Counted from the stretch's first letter, positions 1 to 8,727 are shown. The stretch is DNA of 32,577 nt from Candidatus Undinarchaeota archaeon (GCA_964449215.1 CAYVAH010000003.1:1-32577), one strand, 5' to 3'. The notes: generated from the letters alone by a model not told the origin. Translations and numbers: made by a program.

Positions 1-36
1 GCAAAAAGCTTGGGGGTTCGAATCCCCCCCGGTCCA
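1..36 (+). tRNA. 3' part of a tRNA, truncated by the window edge, possibly tRNA-Ala
   Basis: T-arm GGGGG-TTCGAAT-CCCCC (12-28), acceptor 3' strand CCGGTCC and discriminator A36. U at position 70 would fit the Ala G3:U70 identity pair, but the anticodon is not visible. Confidence 0.8.
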
Positions 37-37
37 T

Positions 38-619
38 ATGGGAGAACAGTTGGAGGTATGGGAAGTCATAGACCGGGCCTACCAGAAAATAACGAAAAAA
101 TATGGTGTTGAGGAGACCCTGCTCGAACCACCTGTGAGAGTCCTGGTGGGTGAATGGGATGAGTTTGGTAGCATAGCCCGTGGGTACGGGAGCTGCAAGA
201 AAGCAAGCCTGGTGGAAGTCGGGGAAAACCGCTGGCTACTCACACAGATAGTAGACCAGCCTGTTGGAACAGGAGCGGGAGCGAATATAATCGCCATCAA
301 GGTGGGGAGCTACACAGACCTTGAGGAGCTTGCAAGAAAAAAGCTGGGTGAGACAAAAAAGATGTATGACTCTTTAGTGTATGAACACAGGTTTGGCAAC
401 ATCCCAAATGGCAAAATCGACACCTATAACAGGGCAATGAGAAGTATCCTGAAAGAGCTGGACTTCAATGGCTTGGTCTATGGTGGCTCCGATTGCCCCT
501 CAGACCCGTCGGGTGGGTTCCCCGCAAGGACTGCCCTTCCACTGGGAAAACGGTTGAAATACAGTCCGGATATGGTGGACGTCCTTGTAGATGCGATGGA
601 AAAGGCGTTGAGCCAATAA
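38..619 (+). CDS. hypothetical protein (193 aa)
   Basis: ATG-started ORF that fills the gap between two tRNAs; soluble composition; no recognised motif. Confidence 0.7.
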   Translation: MGEQLEVWEVIDRAYQKITKKYGVEETLLEPPVRVLVGEWDEFGSIARGYGSCKKASLVEVGENRWLLTQIVDQPVGTGAGANIIAIKVGSYTDLEELARKKLGETKKMYDSLVYEHRFGNIPNGKIDTYNRAMRSILKELDFNGLVYGGSDCPSDPSGGFPARTALPLGKRLKYSPDMVDVLVDAMEKALSQ

Positions 620-631
620 ACCAAGAATAAG

Positions 632-660
632 TTTTTAAGAGAAACAGGAGTTCTCCTGTT
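632..660 (+). promoter_or_regulatory. TATA box of tRNA-Thr followed by an inverted repeat
   Basis: TTTTTAAG at 632-639 after an A-rich BRE-like stretch; AACAGGAG-TT-CTCCTGTT at 643-660. Confidence 0.5.
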
Positions 661-663
661 GTT

Positions 664-735
664 GCCCCAGTAGCTCAACGGTAGAGCGGCTGCCTTGTAA
701 GCAGCAGGCTGAGGGTTCAAATCCCTCCTGGGGCT
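664..735 (+). tRNA. tRNA-Thr(UGU)
   Basis: Full cloverleaf: GCCCCAG/CTGGGGC acceptor, GCTC/GAGC D-stem, GCTGC-CT-TGT-AA-GCAGC anticodon arm, GAGGG-TTCAAAT-CCCTC T-arm. No intron, CCA not encoded. Confidence 0.97.
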
Positions 736-736
736 T

Positions 737-1135
737 ATGGGGTTGCTGTTCCGCATCTCGGATGGGATCTTCAGAAAGTTTCTTCCGGACGCCAGATGGA
801 ACCCGAATATTGTGAGCTATCTCACAGTTGCCCTCAGCATCCCCTTCTCAATGCTCGGGAGACCGGGAAAAACAGTCCTCTTATCCCTCATAATGCTCCT
901 GGACTCGTTCGATGGTTATCTCGCCAGAAACAGGGGGGAAAACAACTATATTGTGGATTACCTCTGCGATAGAGCCTCCGAGTTAATCCTTTTTTTGAAC
1001 CATCCGCCTCTGTTCCTTCTCGCAGTGATTAACTGTCTCGTGGTGGCAATAAAGCTCATGTGGAGGCGTTTCCCAAACCCCCTCCCCCTGAGATTGTTCT
1101 ATCTCGTCTGGCTCATCCTCCCATACGGTTCTTGA
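737..1135 (+). CDS. CDP-alcohol phosphatidyltransferase family membrane protein
   Basis: Upstream PN motif, DSFDGYLAR...DYLCDR signature, hydrophobic helices. Confidence 0.8.
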   Translation: MGLLFRISDGIFRKFLPDARWNPNIVSYLTVALSIPFSMLGRPGKTVLLSLIMLLDSFDGYLARNRGENNYIVDYLCDRASELILFLNHPPLFLLAVINCLVVAIKLMWRRFPNPLPLRLFYLVWLILPYGS

Positions 1136-1142
1136 AAGAATC

Positions 1143-1736
1143 TCAGCACAATCCTCTGTCACAGAGGCGAAACTTACAGCTCGAACCTTCCGGTCGGGAA
1201 CGGTGCTTCACCAGCACCGCCCTGCGCTTCCCGGGACCGAGCTTCTCGATAAAAAGGAGGGCTTTGGTCCAGTATTTTATTATGTCCCCTCCAACAATCT
1301 GGAGTCCACTCTCCGTCCGGTAAACGTGCCCAGTGACAACCACAGGTATCCCCTTCTCCTCGGCAAGACGGTGGAGAGCCGAGATCTGCCGCGAAAGCAT
1401 TGCATTTGCCTTCTGGTAGTCCTCCATCAATTTCAGGCGGTATAGCAGGACAAGACTGTCCACGATAAGCAGGTCTGCCTTTACGTTGAGCTTCGTGAGC
1501 ATTCGATGCTGCTTCCCAAAATCCCTGACCCTCGCAATCTTCAGGTGCATCGCCCCCACCTGTTTGACCCGCTCGAGGCTTATGCCCTCTGTGTCCACGA
1601 GATACGGGCGCTCGGCATCCCTCGAGAGCGCCAGCACCAGTGTAGTCTTTCCTGTCCCTGCCTTGCCAACTATGGTGGTAACAATCCCGGGCTCGACTTC
1701 AAGAAGCCTGTCAAGTCCGCGGTGGCCGAACCTCAC
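1143..1736 (-). CDS. radB: DNA repair and recombination protein RadB
   Basis: RecA-core-only protein: Walker A GKAGTGKT, DTEG, Walker B LLIVDS, and the RadB-typical KHRS motif near the C-terminus. Confidence 0.9.
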   Translation of the reverse strand: MRFGHRGLDRLLEVEPGIVTTIVGKAGTGKTTLVLALSRDAERPYLVDTEGISLERVKQVGAMHLKIARVRDFGKQHRMLTKLNVKADLLIVDSLVLLYRLKLMEDYQKANAMLSRQISALHRLAEEKGIPVVVTGHVYRTESGLQIVGGDIIKYWTKALLFIEKLGPGKRRAVLVKHRSRPEGSSCKFRLCDRGLC

Positions 1737-1834
1737 ATACCTATAACTTCCCGCAGTTTAATTAGTTGCGGCAACACTGGCAAGCTTACCGAATCGCTTA
1801 TCCCTCCAGCACTCTACCCTTTTTTTGACCCCAT

Positions 1835-1978
1835 ATGGAAATACAGTGCCCTGACTGCAAGAGAAAATGGGCCGATGACGGGGGTCAGGGTCGGATCATC
1901 TACTACCAGTGTCCGAACTGCGGAGCAGTGTTCAGCGTGCAGCCAACCGTTCAACTGAGGCTGGCAACATACAGTTAA
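1835..1978 (+). CDS. small CPxCG-type zinc-ribbon protein (47 aa), not in ORF track
   Basis: Manual translation MEIQCPDCKRKWADDGGQGRIIYYQCPNCGAVFSVQPTVQLRLATYS*, with two CPxC knuckles, followed by a hairpin and T-tract. Confidence 0.8.
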   Translation: MEIQCPDCKRKWADDGGQGRIIYYQCPNCGAVFSVQPTVQLRLATYS

Positions 1979-2000
1979 GACGGCTCCTCCTCCCTCCCAT

Positions 2001-2033
2001 CCCCCCGCTTGGGGGGTTCTTTTTTATTTTTTT
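2001..2033 (+). terminator. hairpin plus oligo-T terminator
   Basis: CCCCCC-GCTT-GGGGGG followed by TTCTTTTTTATTTTTTT, 22 nt after the zinc-ribbon stop. The T-tract may also serve as the TATA of the next gene. Confidence 0.65.
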
Positions 2034-2048
2034 ACACCTGCTCATCCC

Positions 2049-2543
2049 ATGATAAAAACTGAAAGATTGGTTTTGAGACCCCTAGAGGAAGGAGACCTTG
2101 GCAGAATCACAGAGCTCCTGCAGGATGAGGAAATTCACAAATACATGGAGAGGGTGCCCTACCCTTACAGCAGGGAGGACGCCGAAGCTCTTCTGAGGCA
2201 CGACCGCAGGGAAAGGGACGCGCACCACATGGTGATAACTCTCGACGGGGAGGTTGTTGGGCGCGTGTCCCTGATGAGAATCTTCAGGGGAAGGGCACAG
2301 CTGGGATACTGGCTCGGGAAGGCCTACTGGGGCAGGGGCATAATGACCGAGGCCGTCAGGGGAATGCTTAACCACTATTCCGGGGAAATAGACCTGGTGG
2401 TCACTTATGTGGCTGTGCCCAACAGGGCTTCACAGAGGGTTCTGGAAAAGACGGGTTTCAGACGGGTCGCGATGCTACCGAGATACCACAGGAACTTCAA
2501 CGGCGAGGTCAACGACGCCTACCTCTATCTCAGGCATTTATGA
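2049..2543 (+). CDS. GNAT family N-acetyltransferase (RimJ/RimL-like)
   Basis: IKTERLVLRP start, LGYWLGKAYWGRGIMTEA acetyl-CoA motif A, NRASQRVLEKTGF motif B. Confidence 0.92.
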   Translation: MIKTERLVLRPLEEGDLGRITELLQDEEIHKYMERVPYPYSREDAEALLRHDRRERDAHHMVITLDGEVVGRVSLMRIFRGRAQLGYWLGKAYWGRGIMTEAVRGMLNHYSGEIDLVVTYVAVPNRASQRVLEKTGFRRVAMLPRYHRNFNGEVNDAYLYLRHL

Positions 2544-2988
2544 GCTTGTCCTTGCGGCCTGTGAACTCCTTCATCACAACCAGGGTTTCCGTGCTTGAGA
2601 TTCCCTCAACTCCACGTATGTGCTTCAGAACCAGCTCGCTCAGTTCATCAATGTCCCGGGCAGTGGCCTTGATAAGGAGGTCCCTGCTCCCCGTTATGAC
2701 GGCCGCGCTCAGCACCCCGGGAAGGGCCACAAGCTTCCGGGCGAGTTTCTCCTGGTCGATACCCATCGTGGATGTGTCCACACTTGCAAGAACATAAAAG
2801 TCCATGCCGTAGCCGAGCTTTTTCCTGTCAAGCTCGGCAGTCACCCTAAGGATGCCTGTGTCCTGCATCTTTTTCACACGGTTGAACACCGTGGTCACCG
2901 GGAGTCCCAGTTCCCGTGCAATTTTTTTGAGACTCACCCTCCCATCCGCTATCAGCTCCTTGAGGATTCCTCTATCCTTCTCGTCCAT
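2530..2988 (-). CDS. Lrp/AsnC family transcriptional regulator
   Basis: MDEKDRGILKEL..DGR..IARELG..TVFNRVKKM wHTH and a RAM domain (ITGSRD, IRGVEGISSTET). Confidence 0.93.
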   Translation of the reverse strand: MDEKDRGILKELIADGRVSLKKIARELGLPVTTVFNRVKKMQDTGILRVTAELDRKKLGYGMDFYVLASVDTSTMGIDQEKLARKLVALPGVLSAAVITGSRDLLIKATARDIDELSELVLKHIRGVEGISSTETLVVMKEFTGRKDKLINA

Positions 2989-3020
2989 AACTATTGGAAT
3001 AGTTTTCCAATTTTAAAATT
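2989..3020. promoter_or_regulatory. overlapping inverted repeats at the lrp promoter (putative Lrp operator and TATA)
   Basis: AACTATT-GG-AATAGTT (2989-3004), TTGGAA-N5-TTCCAA (2994-3010) and AATTTTAAAATT (3009-3020) in the AT-rich divergent intergenic region. Confidence 0.5.
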
Positions 3021-3096
3021 AACTGTGGTCAAAAATTGAAAACTTTACCTAATAAATGAAAAAAAACTTTTAATAGAAAAACCCCACCCACCCTGC

Positions 3097-4005
3097 ATGG
3101 TCGATGAAAAGCTGCTGGCTGCCCTGCGCGTTCAGAGCAGGGCCCTTGAGGAAGTCGATAGGGTGTTCAGGTCAAGAGGTTTCATTGAGCTCATGCCTCT
3201 GGTCCTGAGCACGACCACGGACCCGCTTGGTCCTGACCCGGCCGGCTCTGTGGTGGCAACACCCCGAATAGACTATCAAGGACAGGAACTCGTGCTCACA
3301 CAGAGCATGATTCTCCACAAGCAGGCTCTGATCGCTTCAGGGCTTGACCGCTTTTACATAGTTTCGCCGAACGTCCGGCTGGAGCGGAGTGACCGCGGTT
3401 CCACAGGCAGGCACCTCTTTGAATTCAGCCAGGTGGACTTTGAGGTCGCACATGGCACCATGCAGGAAGTAATGTCTCTGGTAGAGGAAGTGCTGGTATC
3501 GACCATCATAGCGGTTTCCAGGGATTGCAAACCTGAACTGTCGCTCTGGGGGAGAACCTTGCGCGTTCCCACAAGACCGTTCAAGGTGTTCACCACCCAC
3601 GAGCTCGAGGCGAAGCACGGTCCGGACTGGGAAGCGGTGGCGAGCGCGGAGGCCGCAGAACCCTTCTGGGTTACCTGTCACAAGCGCGAGTTTTACGACG
3701 CTGAGGACCCAGATAGGCCGGGACATTACAGAAACTATGACCTTATCTACCCCGAAGGCTTCGGTGAGGCACTGAGCGGTGCTGAGAGGGAGTGGGAATA
3801 CAGGCGCATAGTCGAACGTATCAGGAGGGATGGCATCCCCCTGGACAAGTATGAACCTTTCCTTGAAATGGCGAAGCGTGGGTTGAGACCCAGTGCGGGT
3901 GCTGGATTCGGCGTTGAACGACTGACCCGGTTCCTGGTTGGCGCCCGGCATGTGGGGGACGTGCAACCATTCCGCAGGGTTCCAGGAGAGCCGGTGAAAA
4001 TGTAA
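3097..4005 (+). CDS. asnA: archaeal-type asparagine synthetase A (AsnRS catalytic-domain paralog)
   Basis: Class IIb aaRS catalytic core without an anticodon domain: TDPL, LTQSMILHKQ, SPNVRLE..GRHLFEFSQVDFE, EALSGAERE, SAGAGFGVERL. Confidence 0.9.
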   Translation: MVDEKLLAALRVQSRALEEVDRVFRSRGFIELMPLVLSTTTDPLGPDPAGSVVATPRIDYQGQELVLTQSMILHKQALIASGLDRFYIVSPNVRLERSDRGSTGRHLFEFSQVDFEVAHGTMQEVMSLVEEVLVSTIIAVSRDCKPELSLWGRTLRVPTRPFKVFTTHELEAKHGPDWEAVASAEAAEPFWVTCHKREFYDAEDPDRPGHYRNYDLIYPEGFGEALSGAEREWEYRRIVERIRRDGIPLDKYEPFLEMAKRGLRPSAGAGFGVERLTRFLVGARHVGDVQPFRRVPGEPVKM

Positions 4006-4058
4006 CCGACCATCGCCATTTTCCGAAGCAAATATAAACGACTGCCGAAAATTTGTAA

Positions 4059-5363
4059 GTGAACTGGAAGAGGCTCTACATAATCGCGGCCCTCCTGATT
4101 ATTGCCCTTGATTTCTCCCGACTCGGGGACGGCTTCCCGTCCAGCATATTCAGGATAGACCACAGCTTTCATCTCGTGAAGTTTGAGATGGTGAAGAGAG
4201 AAGGATTCGGCCCCTATGAAGAACAAGCCAATGTTCCCACATCCCTGTTCTACCCACCGATGCTGGTGCCCCTGCTGCTGCTTGCGAAACTCCTTCAGCC
4301 GAAGATGGCGTATTTTCTCTCATACTTTCTCCTCGTTTCGTTCACATATCTGACCACGAAGAAGCTCGCACCCGGAAAGGAGGAAGATGCCCTGCTATGT
4401 GTGCTGTTTCCACTGTCAGCCATGGCCTTTTTCCGTGTTGGGAGGATGCTGGAGTTCATGGCCCATCTACCCTTCATAGTTCTGCTCTTCTATCTGGACA
4501 GGGGAAGGAACACGTGGATCACCACAGGACTGGTCATACTGGGTGCCACAACACACCTGCCAACCGCCGTGTTTTATTCCCCCATACTGTTCTTCAAGGC
4601 CGTAGAGAAAAAGCTCTACAAGAGCCTTTTTGCGTGGGGCGCAGCCGCAGTCGCCTGGGCCGCAGCGTATCTCCCGAAAACATGGGGAATGTCTGTGTGG
4701 AAACTGTCGCGGGCAGATATGATTTACCTCAATGCCAAAGCTGTCCTTGAGGGTAAGGGGCTCACTTGGCTGGTGTATCTGCTGGCAATTGCACTCCTGG
4801 GTATCCTAGCATCCTTGAAGTTCCTCGGCAAAGAAGCTCTATATGCAACTCCCTCCATGCTCTTCGCCGCACTGCTACCTTTCCTGTACCTCATAGACGT
4901 GCCATTGCTGGGCTATGTCCCGGGGTGGAATCAGGTCATATTGACAACTGTCATTCCCCTGTTCTCCTACCTACTTTTGAGAGGGAATGAAAAATGGTGG
5001 AAGATTGGCGCCGCCCTGACAATAGCCGCTCTGGCATTCCCCCTTCCATGGGTTGGCGAGGCTTCGAGGAATTTCAAGTATCTTGATACTGTGAATGGGA
5101 AATATACCATGACTGCGTTCCCGCCAGATGAAATGCACAGATACATTCTCACCCAAAACTACCTGGCACACAGGGGGGTCCCCACAGTGCTATGCCCCAC
5201 CTGGGAATATTCAGACCCACGGTGGTATTTTTACCACCCAGGAGGCTGTGACGAGCTGCGGCACGATGTGGACTATATAATATTGCCAGCAAGTGAAATG
5301 TGGGTCAAGGACTGCGGTGTTGAATACACGGAAACTCCTGACCTCCTGATTGTCAAGGCGTAA
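4059..5363 (+). CDS. multi-pass membrane protein, probable GT-C-type glycosyltransferase
   Basis: About 10 hydrophobic segments, D-x3-H and FYPP in the first loop, soluble C-terminal domain. The family call is inferred from architecture. Confidence 0.55.
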   Translation: MNWKRLYIIAALLIIALDFSRLGDGFPSSIFRIDHSFHLVKFEMVKREGFGPYEEQANVPTSLFYPPMLVPLLLLAKLLQPKMAYFLSYFLLVSFTYLTTKKLAPGKEEDALLCVLFPLSAMAFFRVGRMLEFMAHLPFIVLLFYLDRGRNTWITTGLVILGATTHLPTAVFYSPILFFKAVEKKLYKSLFAWGAAAVAWAAAYLPKTWGMSVWKLSRADMIYLNAKAVLEGKGLTWLVYLLAIALLGILASLKFLGKEALYATPSMLFAALLPFLYLIDVPLLGYVPGWNQVILTTVIPLFSYLLLRGNEKWWKIGAALTIAALAFPLPWVGEASRNFKYLDTVNGKYTMTAFPPDEMHRYILTQNYLAHRGVPTVLCPTWEYSDPRWYFYHPGGCDELRHDVDYIILPASEMWVKDCGVEYTETPDLLIVKA

Positions 5364-5365
5364 GG

Positions 5366-8131
5366 CTACTCAATATATATTGCGGGTTTGAATGGCATCG
5401 CCTTCCCCATCTTGCCGAGCGGGTCGTGCCTGGAGTTGATTTCCACGCTGGCTCCAAGTTCCTCTTCGAGAGCATCCTTCGCTTCCACCAGAACCTTCTC
5501 CTCATCAATCGCGGTTGAGAACTTTTCCCACACCCTCTGTTTTATCAGGCTCTGCACGACCTTCGGAGCTTCGCGGTTCTTGAGGCCCGCCACAGCCTTC
5601 ATGGCCCTCTCCTTCTCCTTCAGCACAGCCTCAAGCGCCCGGAACTTCCAGTCCTCCGCCGTGTATAAATAAACTCGCCTGGGCTTCCGGTCAGCCAGCT
5701 TTGAGACCTCCCTGACCTGATCAATCACACCCTTTATGAATTCCTCCCTCTCCAGAGCTTCCCTGTCTATTTCTCCAGGCTCCGGCCAGGGAGCCAGAGA
5801 AGCGAACCCCTCACCGAACTTCTGCCAGAGCTCCTCGGCGGTGTGCGGCACCACAGGCGCCAGGGAAATTATCCAGTCCTTCGCCACTTTCTTGACGGTC
5901 CAGTATGGGTTCCTGCTCCTCTTTTCGAGCCATTTCAGGTCGTTGAGCATCTTGAATAGCATCTCCACCACGGCATCCCTGAACCTGAAGTTCTCCATAT
6001 GCTCCGTCGCCTTTTTCAGGGACAGCCAGAACTTCGAGATGAACCACCTGTCCACCGGACCCTCCTCCCCATCCTCGGCCGTGGCACTTCTCTCGATGGC
6101 TTCTATAAATCTCTCCAGCCGGTTGCTCACCGCCTGAACATCCCTTTCCCTCCAGTCCACCACGGCATCAAAGTCCGACGAGCTCACCACGTAGAGCCTG
6201 TAAAGGTCCGCACCATATTTCTTCGCCACGTGCGCTAGGGGGATTACGTTGCCCTTACTCTTGCTCATCTTCATCCCTTCACGGATCAGCATCTCATTCA
6301 GGCTCACACCCAATGGCCAGTGCTTCTCAGGGAATATGGCAAGGTGGTGCATTATGAAGAAGCTGAGGTGATTGCTTATGTGCGCGGGAGTGGTGTGCCT
6401 CAAGTCGTTCGGGTACCACGCCAGGAATTCCTCCCGCATCTCCTTGAGCAGAGCCTCATCAATCCCGAGTCTCTTCCCGACCTCCCCCGCCTTTCCCCTG
6501 CCAAGAAAAACGAAGTCGAAGAACTCCGGCTTGAGCTTCTCAGCAGGTAGTTTCTTGACCCTGTTTGCTATGGTGTAAAAGGCCATGTAAATGGTGCTGT
6601 CCGAGAGGGACTCTATCACCCATTCCCTGTCGAACGGGAACCTCGTTCCCAGGCCGCGTTTCCTGGCACAGGGGCGCTTGTCCAGCCAGTCCACAGTGTC
6701 AAGAAACCACTTCCGGAACTTCTCCGGGAAAATGAACATCTTTTTTATCCAGTTCTTTGCCGTTTTTTTCCATTCGGGATTGCTGTAGTCAATGAACCAC
6801 TGGTCTTCTATGACAGCCACGACCACCTTGCTGTTGCCCCTTGTGGTTGCCTTCCGGCTGGTCTCGTAGAACACCCCTGCCTTGCCCTCTGATATCAGCC
6901 AGTCCCTGACAGCCTCCTTGGCCTTTGACACCTCCATCCCGGCGAACTTCCCGCATCTCTTGTTCAGGACCCCTGAATAGAACTCCACCTTGTATAGCTC
7001 CTTGGTGGCATCCTCAAGCCTTGGGTCCTTCTGGTCATGGATGCCATAGCTCTCCACAATTTCCTTGGCCGGCACAGTGTATCCTGGCAGGTCAATTATG
7101 ACGGGAATCTCCTTCACGAGCGATGCAAACCGCTGGTTTGTCCTCAGGTCAACCAGTCCTTGATAGTCATATGGCGCGTGTCCGGGCACAGAATAAACAA
7201 CTCCCGTCCCGTTATCGAGGTCAACAAACTGGGCGGGGAGGATAGGTAGCTTCTCACCGTTTACGGGATTCTCGGCAAACCTTCCCAGCAATTCCCTCCC
7301 CCTGAACTCCTTGCTGACCTCCACCTTTTTTCCCTGAACCCTGAGCTTTTCGGCAGCTTCCCTGCTTATTATCCAGTTTTCCCCATCAACCTTCGCCCTG
7401 GCATAAATGCCCTGTGGATTCACCCACAGGTTGGTCGCACCGAAAACTGTCTCTGGGCGCAGCGAAGCCGCCACCAGGAATTCCCCGCCAAAGGGAAACT
7501 TCAAGGCAGTGAACTCCACTATGGAAACCCTGTTCGTGTCCCCGTCAACTATGTCGTCCTCCCCCGCCGGTTGACCGTCCTCCAGGCTCCAGAGTATCGG
7601 GTGCTTCCCCTTCACAATCACGCCCTTCTCTTTGAGCTTCTGGTACTGCCACTCCACGAACCGGTTATAGTGTGGCTCCCCTGTGTTGAATTTCCTCGTC
7701 CAGTCAATGCTGTAGCCCACGGACTTGAAATCCTGAGCTATCCTGCTGGCAAAATATGAGGCAACTTCCTCAGGGTCCTTGAATTTCTCAACTATTCTTC
7801 TCGCATCTCCCTCTTCGTATATCCTCACGTACTCGGTATAGAGGTTGATTGTCTTGGCATCCCCCTTGGATATCCGGTCACTTATGCTCAATATCGGTGA
7901 CCCTGAGATGTGGAATGCCATGGGGAAAAGCACGTTGAAGCCCCTGTGCCTTTTGAAGCGGGCTATGACATCACCAAGGGTGTAGGTCCTGCCGTGGCCT
8001 ATATGCAGGGCTCCACTTGTGTATGGGTAGGGCACGGTGATGAAAAATTTTTTCCCCCCTGGTCTCGGGACAAACACGCTCTTTTCTTCCCAGAGGCGCT
8101 GCCACTTCGCCTCATAGTTCTTCCACCTCAT
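5366..8131 (-). CDS. leuS: leucine--tRNA ligase (archaeal type)
   Basis: PYPYTSGALHIGH, LRPET and CP1 editing motifs (GTGVVYSVPGHAPYDY), WVIESLSDSTIY, KMSKS, C-terminal KAMPFKPAIYIE. Confidence 0.97.
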   Translation of the reverse strand: MRWKNYEAKWQRLWEEKSVFVPRPGGKKFFITVPYPYTSGALHIGHGRTYTLGDVIARFKRHRGFNVLFPMAFHISGSPILSISDRISKGDAKTINLYTEYVRIYEEGDARRIVEKFKDPEEVASYFASRIAQDFKSVGYSIDWTRKFNTGEPHYNRFVEWQYQKLKEKGVIVKGKHPILWSLEDGQPAGEDDIVDGDTNRVSIVEFTALKFPFGGEFLVAASLRPETVFGATNLWVNPQGIYARAKVDGENWIISREAAEKLRVQGKKVEVSKEFRGRELLGRFAENPVNGEKLPILPAQFVDLDNGTGVVYSVPGHAPYDYQGLVDLRTNQRFASLVKEIPVIIDLPGYTVPAKEIVESYGIHDQKDPRLEDATKELYKVEFYSGVLNKRCGKFAGMEVSKAKEAVRDWLISEGKAGVFYETSRKATTRGNSKVVVAVIEDQWFIDYSNPEWKKTAKNWIKKMFIFPEKFRKWFLDTVDWLDKRPCARKRGLGTRFPFDREWVIESLSDSTIYMAFYTIANRVKKLPAEKLKPEFFDFVFLGRGKAGEVGKRLGIDEALLKEMREEFLAWYPNDLRHTTPAHISNHLSFFIMHHLAIFPEKHWPLGVSLNEMLIREGMKMSKSKGNVIPLAHVAKKYGADLYRLYVVSSSDFDAVVDWRERDVQAVSNRLERFIEAIERSATAEDGEEGPVDRWFISKFWLSLKKATEHMENFRFRDAVVEMLFKMLNDLKWLEKRSRNPYWTVKKVAKDWIISLAPVVPHTAEELWQKFGEGFASLAPWPEPGEIDREALEREEFIKGVIDQVREVSKLADRKPRRVYLYTAEDWKFRALEAVLKEKERAMKAVAGLKNREAPKVVQSLIKQRVWEKFSTAIDEEKVLVEAKDALEEELGASVEINSRHDPLGKMGKAMPFKPAIYIE

Positions 8132-8163
8132 GCGAACTCATAGTGACGAGAATTATATATTTT

Positions 8164-8706
8164 CTACTCCACACAGGCAAATTCCCCGGGAGATGCCTCG
8201 TAAATCTCCCCCTTCTCCATCAGCGTGTTGAGTATTCCCGTTACTTCCTCACCAAAAAGCTCCTTAAGCTCCCCTTCTGTGCCTTTCCCCCTCCTTATTT
8301 CATCCAGGACCTTTTTTTCCAGGGGGTTTTCCAGGTTCAGAAGCTCCAGTTTTCTCAAGAGCTCCCAGTTCACATCCTCGAACCTCGCCAGTTCATCCAC
8401 TATGATATAAACCTCATCCTGGAACTTCCTGACCCTGCCAAGCACCTCCACAAGGTCCCCCAGCTGGACCCCCCCAAGCTTCTCTATGTTCTGGGAAAAG
8501 AATTTTGCTCTTATTGTTCCTGTTTCATCATCAAGCACGATGTTTCCATATGTTGCTTCCTCATTCACGAACTTCCTCACAACCCTGCCCATGACCCTGA
8601 CTCTGAAGACCTTTTTTTCGCCAATCCTCACGATGGAGCCTTCCTCTCCCTGTTCAAAACCTGAAAGGACCTGTTCAATACTGACCTTTACCGCAGGGAT
8701 CCCCAC
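8164..8706 (-). CDS. RPA32-like OB-fold ssDNA-binding subunit with C-terminal winged helix
   Basis: RVRVMGRVV, LDDETGTIRAKFF, GDLVEVLGRVR, and the wHTH end LMEKGEIYEASPG. Confidence 0.8.
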   Translation of the reverse strand: MGIPAVKVSIEQVLSGFEQGEEGSIVRIGEKKVFRVRVMGRVVRKFVNEEATYGNIVLDDETGTIRAKFFSQNIEKLGGVQLGDLVEVLGRVRKFQDEVYIIVDELARFEDVNWELLRKLELLNLENPLEKKVLDEIRRGKGTEGELKELFGEEVTGILNTLMEKGEIYEASPGEFACVE

Positions 8707-8727
8707 TTCACTATACGGGGCAAAACA

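Noticed and set aside
1765..1784. GTTGC-G-GCAAC palindrome and TGGCAAG upstream of radB, resembling the hel308-side repeat (possible DNA-repair box)
   Set aside because: Only a 7-bp match, in the opposite orientation relative to the repair genes; chance cannot be excluded.
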